Source: Massalongia carnosa
Lineage: Eukaryota
NCBI GenBank assembly: GCA_965645245.1
Contig: OZ287069.1
Coordinates: 806,001-870,000 of the forward strand
Direction of reading: 5' to 3'
DNA: 64,000 nucleotides
Shown here: in pieces, positions 13,679 to 22,235 of the stretch
Layout: each line of letters starts with the position of its first letter
Numbering within the stretch: position 1 is the stretch's first letter
The notes under the pieces: model-generated
Seen by the model: the letters and a program-made list of their open reading frames with translations, nothing else
The model's database searches: none
What the model was told of the DNA's origin: nothing
Made by a program: the position numbers and the translations under genes

Positions 13679-14812
13679 TTATCGCTTAAAAGCGCTAGGG
13701 CTGATAACGACAACAAGGACAAGGCTGGTGACTATTAAAGCGGCGGAGATGAATGTAACTAGGAAGATACTGCCTCTGCTGACAGGAAATTTTCCGCGGA
13801 TGATCCAGTACTGTTCAGCTGTTAGAATGGATTTTGGATTGTTTGGAGGAGCAATGATGATTGATGCGCTCGATCCTCCCATATCTCTCCTTTGACACCT
13901 CTCAAGGCATCGAGTCTTATTTCAATGGCCTGTGCGCAGGTCCCAGAATCCAATGCATGTTGACAACAAAGAACCTGACGGCACGAACCTGACTTTCGAA
14001 ATACCGCCTTCCGCCAACAATTAATACCAGCATCGCAATGCCCAAGAATGTAGCTCCCAATGGCTTCCCCAATTGGTGTAGGCGTATGGAACCACTGTTA
14101 GCTGGATCGGAAGGCCTGAATCCATGGCCCTCTTGAATCGTAGTATTGAGCCTAAAGAGCTGGGTGATGGCGATGCCGATTGACGCAAAGGCCAAGGAGG
14201 TCCGCAGCCAGGCGAGAAAGGTGCGTTCTGAGAAGTGCGATGTTAGCGACTGACAGCCTTCTTTTCCATAGAATGGGCTATATTCGGGAGAATTGTACGC
14301 GCACTCCAATCCAGGATGGACAGGGAAAGGATGAAAAGCTTAGAATAAAAAGGCTCCGCACCAAGGGCAAGATGATCTCTCGCAACGCTTCCTTTGTTGT
14401 CCAACTCCACGCTGCCATACTTGTCCACAAAATCTCTCCACCAACCGCCCGGTTCCCCTTGGCTACTTCGACTCTGCCTTGATAAGCCTCGACTTCCCTG
14501 CCTCCTGGTGGCAGGGCGACTGTCTTTCGACCAGTTGCGGGCTTCATTCCCACTCGCTTTTGCTGTCGCCTCGTAACTCTTCATCGCTCCTCTCTCTCGT
14601 CCCGCAATGGGTGTGATCTCATCGGCGGAACTTTCAGCGCGGTCGTGGTATGCACCATCTTGATCACGAGGCCGAGACATTGACGACTGCGAAAATTGGA
14701 CGCTGCGTGATCTCGTGGGTTGAGGGGGAAGCGCTACGGTAGATTGCGGGGGGTTCGGCACATCTGAAGTACGCGGGGAGAGCGACGGGGAAGCCAAGGC
14801 GGGGAAGGCCAT
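13679..14812 (-). CDS. DUF202 (YidH/Vtc1-like) membrane protein, 3 exons
   Basis: YGSVELDNKGSVARDHLA + ERTFLAWLRTSLAFASIGIAITQLFRL + RRYFESQ/YWIIRGKFPVSRGSI joined across two introns; start ATG inferred. Confidence 0.85.
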
Positions 14813-15640
14813 GCTATCGGGAAGAGATGACGGCGTCAAGGCATAAGCCAGAGAAGTGGGTTCGTCGTCTTAGGATGGACGAGGCTAAATTAAAATATTT
14901 TTTCATGCAGTTTGAAGGGCGGGGGAGAAGGTTAACCGGGTTATCGGGTTTGGGTTTGCATTATGAGGAGTCTTCTGGACCGAGTAGCCTGGACCGAACA
15001 GAGTAGAGTAGTTTGAATCTGTATAGAGCGCTCTATATTCTGTATTCTGTACTCTGTACTCTGTAACTGCCGAGAACGAATCGCTACTAACGAATTCAAA
15101 CGACAGCACGCAGATAACTGGCCACCGCAGGGGGGCAGACGAGTTATTCCATCATGTTTAGCGAAGGGACATGAAAGGGGGAAGGGGGAAGGAGAAGAAA
15201 GTCGACTTGACGACGAAAAGTTGATTGATAGATGGATGGATAGGTTGGCACTCTGTTGGAGAGTCGCTTGATCTGACCTGCGCATGACATGACGCATGCA
15301 TAGTTATATCAATATACACCACTCCCTTTCACCCATATTCCACATTAGCCCATACAGCTTGATAAGAACTCAATGACTAGATAATCGAATAGAGAGCTGA
15401 TTGATTAGTTCATGGAACATCTATACGTACAAGCGTATGTATAAGGCGTCTGGAGTTATTTACAATCAGAAGATTCGAACATCCTCCAGTAAGTCCTTGC
15501 TTCTGGGAGCCATAAAATTAGAATGATGTCTGTTTATAGATGAGATGGTTCTATGTCACGTGAGGCCCCTGAGTCAAAGTAAATTAAGAATCACCCTCTG
15601 AAAATTCTTTCCTCATCCACTTCTTCTCACTCGGCCTCAT

Positions 15641-15779
15641 CCATCTCACTGACTCGTCGTCGACCCCACGTTGTCTCGGTGCCCCTACCTCGCTGTCAGT
15701 GCTTGCTGCTTTTCCCATCTCACTGACTCGTCGTCGACCTCACGTTGTCCTCGGTGCCCCTACCTCGCTGTCGGTGCTT
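15641..15779 (+). repeat. Tandem duplication of a ~64-bp unit in the retroelement 5' leader (15641-15704 and 15715-15779)
   Basis: CCATCTCACTGACTCGTCGTCGAC...CTACCTCGCTGTC[A/G]GTGCTT occurs twice, with 2 substitutions and a 1-nt indel. Confidence 0.95.
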
Positions 15780-15786
15780 TTTCCCA

Positions 15787-16800
15787 ATGACGAACACCCG
15801 TTCCCAAAGCACCCCGATGGACGACATAGTCCCCGACTCCCAGGAGATTGTCGGATTGACGCAGGCCCAGTCCAATCAAATCTTCGCCCTACAAAAGAAG
15901 AAAGCCGAGGCAGAAGCGAAGGCGGCCGAGGCTGAGGCCAGAATTGCCGAGTCCAAGGCATTGGTCGCCGAGAAGGAGGTGGAAAAAATGCAGCTAGAAA
16001 TCGACTGCATGCGCCGAGAATCTGACGCCCGAATAGCGGCCGTCATTCCTGCTGGCAAGCCGAGTCGTGTCGTCGGCGATGACGACGAGGACCTAGGTGA
16101 GATCCCTCTCGAAGTAAGAAGTATAGCACCCCGTTTCGCGGGCCTACCACAGGACGAGATCATCAAGATCTTTTCAAATAAATTCAAAGCCATCAACCTC
16201 TCCCGCCTCCGACACATGCACGGCATGCAATACGAGTCCTACAAGGATCAGGACCGCATCGGCATCGAAGACGGCGCCTTGAGGTTGAGAAAGGCATCCG
16301 GGACCTACAAAGATTTCGGAAAGACAGTTCATGACGTCTGGACCGAGAGCTTCATCAACTACACCTCGATCATGGTCAGTCTTTTCGGGAAATCGAGTCA
16401 ACAGCTTCACGCCACCATGTCGGCATTCCACGGAAAAATCCTCACGCTGGCCAAGGTGTACGAGTGGCAGGAAGCAGTCCTCCCCCTCGCCATCGAAACC
16501 CACACTCACATCATCGCGTCTCAGCCATCCGACGCATCCCAATGGAAAATGCCCGACGAATTCCAAGCTCGATTCTGCACCCCCCTCACAGTCCTACGCC
16601 GTCGCCGCTCACGATCCCCGCCGTCCCGGCGACCGACCCCGAGAGGAGACAGGGCCGATAGGGCCGAGAAGGCAGCGGGGGAAATCTGCGACAAGTACAA
16701 CAGCGGCACCTGCACCTGGCCGTCGTGCTACCGACAGCACAAATGTAAATCGTGCGGCGCGGCTGGGCATGGCCAGAAGACATGCCCAACGAAGAAATAG
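15787..16800 (+). CDS. Gag-like protein of the YR retrotransposon (337 aa)
   Basis: N-terminal coiled coil (KKKAEAEAKAAEAEARIAE), Arg/Ser/Pro-rich tract, C-terminal tandem zinc fingers C-x7-C-x4-C-x3-H and C-x2-C-x4-H-x4-C; first ATG at 15787. Confidence 0.85.
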   Translation: MTNTRSQSTPMDDIVPDSQEIVGLTQAQSNQIFALQKKKAEAEAKAAEAEARIAESKALVAEKEVEKMQLEIDCMRRESDARIAAVIPAGKPSRVVGDDDEDLGEIPLEVRSIAPRFAGLPQDEIIKIFSNKFKAINLSRLRHMHGMQYESYKDQDRIGIEDGALRLRKASGTYKDFGKTVHDVWTESFINYTSIMVSLFGKSSQQLHATMSAFHGKILTLAKVYEWQEAVLPLAIETHTHIIASQPSDASQWKMPDEFQARFCTPLTVLRRRRSRSPPSRRPTPRGDRADRAEKAAGEICDKYNSGTCTWPSCYRQHKCKSCGAAGHGQKTCPTKK

Positions 16801-16845
16801 GGGGTTGGTGCAGGAGGCAGTAGAATAGCTTCAATAGCTGAATTC

Positions 16846-18549
16846 ATGACGTCCCATCCCTGCTTACCTGCACCAATCAGACCAAATACAATCCCTTCGT
16901 TTCAACTCGTAGACGCATCTCGTCAGCGTTTGAAAGACAGCCCATCTCCCCTCGTACCGTCCGCATGGGCAACTCTACTTCAAGAGTATCCGGGCCCCCT
17001 CCGAGTCCATCTGCCCATGATCCTTCGTTTCGGAGTACAAATCGGATACGAAGGCCCCACAGACATCCTTCGGATCGAAAAAAATCTGACATCAGCGAAT
17101 GAGGACCCGGAAACGATCGAGAATAAGCTCCAAGAGGACCTCAGGAAGGGCCGAGTCAGACGAATAGCCGCCCCGAGTCAGCCATTTGTGGCCTCCCCCC
17201 TCGGCTTGGTCCCGAAACATGACGGAGGATGGCGACGCATTCATCATCTGTCTCATCCCAATCAAACATCAGTCAACGACAACATTCCAGAAGAGGCATC
17301 CAAATTACAATACGCCAGACTCGACGACATTATTCAATTGATTCTGTCAGAGGGCAAAGGTGCTGTCATAGTGAAAAGAGACGTCAAAGACGCCTTTCGA
17401 AACGTTCCCGTCGCACCTCATCATCAATGGCTTCTGGGTTTCGGATGGAATGACGAATTCTACACCGAGACATGCCTTTCGTTCGGACTGTCGACGGCCC
17501 CGTTCATCTTCAATCTTTTTGCGGAAGGCTTTCATTGGATTTTGGAATCCTTTCTACAATGGAGATTACATCACTATCTAGACGACTTCGTTGCAATTTT
17601 CCCATCCGAGACATCGTCAGAACGATTGCACCAAGAAACAAAAGCCTACAACATTCTCACCGACATTCTTGGCATCCCGAGAAACGACTCAAAAGACGCC
17701 GAGGGAACGACAGCGACAGTCTTCGGACTCGAGGTCGACACCATCAACAGTCTTATTCGTCTGCCAGCGGACAAGCTGGAAAAAGCGAGAATCATCACTA
17801 CAAAGGCACTAAACGAGACGACAATCAGCCTCGGCGACATGCAGTCAATAGCGGGCTTCCTAAGCTTCTGCGCACAGGCAGTCAAATTGGGCCGAGTCTT
17901 CTTACGATTATTCTGGAATTTTATAGCCTCATTTCCCTCGGGCAGTCATCGTCGGGTCAAAAGAAGAATTCCCACATGGGTCAGACAGGATCTCATCTGG
18001 TGGAACAAACTTCTAGTGGACTTCAACGGTATTGTCTTCTTCGAGACGTCAACACGAGACACGATCAAGGTGCATACGGATGCATGCCTCACGGGTCTCG
18101 GAGGCTATTTTCAACAAGACAACGAGCTCGTGAATCAAAAAAACGCATGTAGGGCCCGAGTCCTAGTCCTCAATCAGGAAGGATCACCGAGCATAAACGT
18201 CCGAGAAGTCGAAGCTATCCTTCTAATCCTTCAGAAATGGGCGCCGACATGGCGACATCGACAGATCCTTGTCTTTACCGACAGCAACACAGCATACACA
18301 GGATTCACGAATCTAACCCTCAAGGGACCGGCCAACGCGCCTCTACGAGAAATACTGTCCATAGCTGCAAAGTGGGACATCGTACTACGTTGTCAATGGA
18401 TCAGTGGCACTTCCAATGGACTAGCAGATGCCCTGTCACGTTTTGATGATGAAAGATTGGCTAACTTTTGCCCTCATTGGCAGAACCCATACAATTCGAT
18501 GAACCTCCCTCCACCTACCTATCCTCCACACCAGGGTCAGCCCTGGTAA
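16846..18549 (+). CDS. Reverse transcriptase + RNase H (DIRS/Ngaro type); open frame extends back to the gag stop
   Basis: SPLGLVPK, DVKDAFR, LSFGLSTAPFIF, YLDDF; RNase H TDAC, INVREVEA, FTDS, NGLADALSR. Confidence 0.95.
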   Translation: MTSHPCLPAPIRPNTIPSFQLVDASRQRLKDSPSPLVPSAWATLLQEYPGPLRVHLPMILRFGVQIGYEGPTDILRIEKNLTSANEDPETIENKLQEDLRKGRVRRIAAPSQPFVASPLGLVPKHDGGWRRIHHLSHPNQTSVNDNIPEEASKLQYARLDDIIQLILSEGKGAVIVKRDVKDAFRNVPVAPHHQWLLGFGWNDEFYTETCLSFGLSTAPFIFNLFAEGFHWILESFLQWRLHHYLDDFVAIFPSETSSERLHQETKAYNILTDILGIPRNDSKDAEGTTATVFGLEVDTINSLIRLPADKLEKARIITTKALNETTISLGDMQSIAGFLSFCAQAVKLGRVFLRLFWNFIASFPSGSHRRVKRRIPTWVRQDLIWWNKLLVDFNGIVFFETSTRDTIKVHTDACLTGLGGYFQQDNELVNQKNACRARVLVLNQEGSPSINVREVEAILLILQKWAPTWRHRQILVFTDSNTAYTGFTNLTLKGPANAPLREILSIAAKWDIVLRCQWISGTSNGLADALSRFDDERLANFCPHWQNPYNSMNLPPPTYPPHQGQPW

Positions 18550-19631
18550 AACGTCTCGTCTGGCACGGACACTCGGCGGACACGAGAAAAGGGTACGGGA
18601 CGGCGATCGACTCATACGAGGCATTCTGCGCGACGACGGGACGCACGTCGTGGCCTGCAACAACCGAGTCCCTCGAGGAATGGCTAGCCGGTCGACTATA
18701 CGGGGGCGGCACACCCAAGCAGGGAAAGATAAAACCAGAGACGGCAGCGAGCTACCTCGCCGGCCTCAGATCATACCATGTAGACCGAGGATACGGCCTC
18801 ACCCCATTCGAGGGGCCGAGACTTCAATTGATGCTGAAAGGGGGAAAAAGGATCTTTTCTCAGACAAAAAGAAGACGCCTACCCATTTCAAAAGAATTAC
18901 TGACAAAAATCACCAGTATTCCCGCTCATTCGGCCGAAGACCTCAACATCGACGCGACATTCAAAGTTGCATGGGCAGGGTTCCTCAGACTCGGGGAAAT
19001 CACCTACACTGTCGCTGATCGTAAGAAGACATCTTTTCAGAGATTGAAACCTACACGAGGTGACATCTCATTCGCCGAGAACGATCAATACGCGACATTA
19101 CGTCTCAAAAGAAGCAAAACAGACACAAATCACTCAGGAGTTCAGATAGTGCTGGCAGCGACCAATGAGAGCACTTGCCCCGTGACAGCACTACGGCGTC
19201 TTTTCAGAAATGATCCTCAGCCATCTACATCCCCGCTTTTTCGTCTCGGCACCGCATTCACCAGAGCCTCCGTCATAGCATCCCTGAAAAAGAGACTGAT
19301 AGCCGTCGGCATCAACGACTCGGCATACTCGGGACACAGCTTCAGAAAAGGAGCAGCACAACACGCCGCCGACCACGGGATGCTGGATGAGAGTATTCAG
19401 AGACTCGGAAGATGGTCATCAAACGCGTTTCAGCTATACTTTCAGACGTCCCAGGCCTCACTATTCAATTTGAACCTCAGTTTTCAAAAAGGCATCCCTC
19501 TAGCAGTCCCACGTGCTGTCGTCGCCGAGACGAATCCTACAAACTCCTACCCCTACTCAATTGGGCATTCCATTGGGCGTACAGGTCAACCAGGGCATCG
19601 ATCCGGAGCGCCGCCGGGCACCTCCATCTAG
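18468..19631 (+). CDS. Tyrosine recombinase (Cre/lambda-integrase fold) of the retroelement; no N-terminal ATG
   Basis: Core-binding domain (TRKGYGTAIDSYEAFC, TAASYLAGLRSYH) and complete catalytic set FLRLGE, KRSKTD, GHSFRKG, LGRW, FQLY; overlaps the RT ORF by 82 nt in the -1 frame. Confidence 0.95.
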   Translation: MPSLAEPIQFDEPPSTYLSSTPGSALVKRLVWHGHSADTRKGYGTAIDSYEAFCATTGRTSWPATTESLEEWLAGRLYGGGTPKQGKIKPETAASYLAGLRSYHVDRGYGLTPFEGPRLQLMLKGGKRIFSQTKRRRLPISKELLTKITSIPAHSAEDLNIDATFKVAWAGFLRLGEITYTVADRKKTSFQRLKPTRGDISFAENDQYATLRLKRSKTDTNHSGVQIVLAATNESTCPVTALRRLFRNDPQPSTSPLFRLGTAFTRASVIASLKKRLIAVGINDSAYSGHSFRKGAAQHAADHGMLDESIQRLGRWSSNAFQLYFQTSQASLFNLNLSFQKGIPLAVPRAVVAETNPTNSYPYSIGHSIGRTGQPGHRSGAPPGTSI

Positions 19632-19887
19632 ATCATCGCCGTCGGGCACTGCCGTCGGGCATCATCTATCGGATCGTTGAGCGTCAGCAGACGCCTCGGG
19701 CCTAGAAGATGAGGTTCTCACCTCAGCACCGACCCCGAGTCACGTGCCTAGGCCTGCCCGGGCTGACCTGTGTCGTTCCCATGCCCAATCAAATTCAAGC
19801 ATTCAAATCAATTCATCCAATTAAAAGCCCCCCCAGCGCAAGCGAAGGTAACGGCACCGATAAGGGTCATAGAAATATATTCTCTTC

Positions 19888-22022
19888 GCGAAGGTACCCC
19901 CCCCTCGCACTAGTAATTAGCTGCTTTGCATTAGTAATCAGAACATCAAAATTTTGTTTACCTTTTTAACCCCAAGCATCACCATTCTCAACCTCACGAA
20001 CTGATTTAATTGCTCATCAATTACTGTGATTATCATCTCATATTTAATTGCAAAACATGGGACTAAATGAAGAAGAGCTTCCTAGTGTTTCAGATAAATC
20101 TCCTATCTTAGCAAAGCAGCACAAAATCAATAGCAAGCGCACCGTCGAAAGCATTTTGGCCAATATTCCACCTCCCTCCCCCAATTACACTTCCGTGTCA
20201 GTTGATGACAGACCCCCTAATCACTGGCTAAAGGCCTTGCTGATTCACCTCTTGAATTGTTTCAACTGTTCATTTCAGCTCAGCACTGTCGCACCATCGC
20301 GTATCATACCAATAACAAGGCACACGACTATATAAAGCAGGAGAAGGAGAATAATCATCGCGCATGGAATGACGTTATTAGGCCTGAGATCGAGGTGTTT
20401 CTAGGCATTCTTTTGTTTATGGTCTTGTATCATGCGCCTTCGGAGAGCGACTATTGGAATACATGTTCTGATAAGCCTGTTTTCGTGTCTATTCAGGAGG
20501 CTATGTCTCTGAATCGATTTGAAAATATCAAACGATTCTTGAAAATAAACAACGGACGTACAGAGCCTTCAGACATGGGCAAAGGACCTGATTGGTGGAA
20601 GAAATTTGGAGCCGCTTGCTACTGATTTTCAAACGGCTTCGTTGAAATATTATCAACCAGGAAGCATTGTTTCAGTTGATGAGCAATTGATTAAGTTCAA
20701 AGGTCGATCACGTCATACTTTGCAAATAGCTTCCAAGCATGCCTGCAAAGGGTTTAAAATATATAGTCTTTGTCAGAATAATTATTTGATATCGTTCCTA
20801 TTTGCCTCCAGAATTACCAAAATCAGTCAATTAAAAACCGCCAGACAGCTAGGATTTCTGATCAAACATGGCCTTTCTAATAGTGCTTTGGTGGTAACTC
20901 AGCTCTGTCAAACACTTCCCGAACCACTGAACTATGTTCTTTTTTGCGACAACTTCTTTACCAGCACAAAGCTATTCAAAGCTCTTCGATCAATAGGAAT
21001 TGCCGCCTGTGGAACAGCCAAGAAAGACTGGATTTCCCTCGGAGTTGCTAGCCCTGAGAGATGTGGCCACAAAAGCGAAACACTGGGGCCTTCGTACCAG
21101 TACGACTGTCGATGATGAAGTGCTTTGTTTAGGCTGGGTGGATAACAATACTGTTCAGCTTATGACTACGTTCCATGACCCTCGAGAGCTTGATCGTTCA
21201 TACTATTTACATCCTTTCAAAGACATGGAATTCCAGAAGGCTCGGTTGAACCGATTATATCCTATTATCCATCAATTCATGCACACACCACTTTGCTGCC
21301 TGATCAAACGCCTTTATGGCCTTTAGGATTACCGGTTCCTGTTCCCATCAGAGAATACAATCTTCACATGGGAGGTTCAGATGAAAATGCTCAGCAAAGA
21401 GCAACTTATTCATATGAACGCCGAAGTGATCGTTATTGGTGCCTTTGTTTATTTTTTGGTTAGATGCTGCTGCGTTAAATGCATACAAGCTCTATCTGTT
21501 GAACAACTCCGAAACAACGGAAAAATTCCTCGATCGTGCTGACTTTATTCGTCATCTTTCTCTTCATCTTCTGAGAAATCCGCTGGTCAAAGACGACGAT
21601 ATGAGCCTCAAACAAGCGTTCAAACCACAACTGATTGTTTTGTCAGTCCTCCTGAGCATCATTACATTCATTTGAACAAAAAACAACGATGTGTGCATTG
21701 CAATGTCAATAAAATAAGACCTTCCAAGCGAAAGAGGGAACCACTGACTGAAAGAGACGCTAATGGAAACAAAAGAAAGCGACGAGGTGCTCAGACAAAG
21801 TAGGCATGTGGAGGATGTCATCCGATTAAGCCTTGCTGTAAAAATCAGGACTGCTGGCAAGCAATTCATATGAATTGAAAGGGGTGAATGGAATATATGT
21901 AAATAGTAATTGATTGGACACTCTGGCAAATAGGGGTAGCAACATCTAGACTTGATTGGTCAATATTTAAGTTTCGGGAGGTGTAGACCATTACAGTTAG
22001 TGCGAGGGGGTGGTGCCTTCGC
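19888..22022 (+). mobile_element. Decayed piggyBac-like DNA transposon with 25-bp terminal inverted repeats
   Basis: GCGAAGGTACCCCCCCCTCGCACTA (19888-19912) matches the reverse complement of 21998-22022 at 23/25; encloses transposase fragments. Confidence 0.8.
20057..21878 (+). pseudogene. piggyBac (DDE_Tnp_1_7-like) transposase pseudogene with multiple frameshifts and stops
   Basis: EIEVFLGILLFM, MSLNRFENIKRFL, VSVDEQLIKFKGRS, LFCDNFFTS, ACGTA, WVDNNTV, YNLHMGGSD and C-terminal CxxC...CxxC..C..C motifs spread over at least 4 frames. Confidence 0.88.
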
Positions 22023-22235
22023 AGCGATAGAGCGTACCTACTGATCACCTGATTTAAGAGGAAATTTATGCCGACCATCCACGACATTTTAGCGCGTTTA
22101 GTTTACGATTTATACTTATTACTTTTGTTTCCATCACTGCTGCTACCTTTAGCCACTTCTTGCTGCTATCTAGCTAGTGCAAGAAGCTCTTTCGCTTCGT
22201 TCCTTCACAGTCTTTCTCGGACTTAGTCAATCAAT

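Larger units (their letters stand above)
15549..19874 (+). mobile_element. Tyrosine-recombinase retrotransposon (DIRS order, Ngaro-like: gag, RT-RNaseH, YR; no methyltransferase); boundaries tentative
   Basis: Three long uninterrupted ORFs in the order gag, RT/RH, YR; ends inferred from a short inverted pair TTCTATGTC (15549-15557) and GTCATAGAA (19866-19874). Confidence 0.9.

Noticed and set aside
15641..15779. Leader repeats as LTRs or a CRISPR-like array
   Set aside because: Only two adjacent copies, both at the 5' end; no TG..CA ends, PBS or unique spacers; eukaryotic context
17472..18152. 226-aa alternative-frame ORF inside RT as an overprinted gene
   Set aside because: Arg/Ser/Gln-rich shadow frame with no motif; closed by stops well before the YR ORF; cannot be supported without homologues
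18465..18549. -1 ribosomal frameshift from RT into YR
   Set aside because: No canonical slippery heptamer in the overlap and only a 6-bp hairpin (18531-18546); the splice-acceptor explanation fits better, though a frameshift is not excluded
18468..19631. YR as a stand-alone Crypton or Starship captain
   Set aside because: Overlaps a DIRS-type RT/RNaseH ORF and follows a gag; short Cre-like protein rather than a large DUF3435 captain; flanking genes are core housekeeping genes
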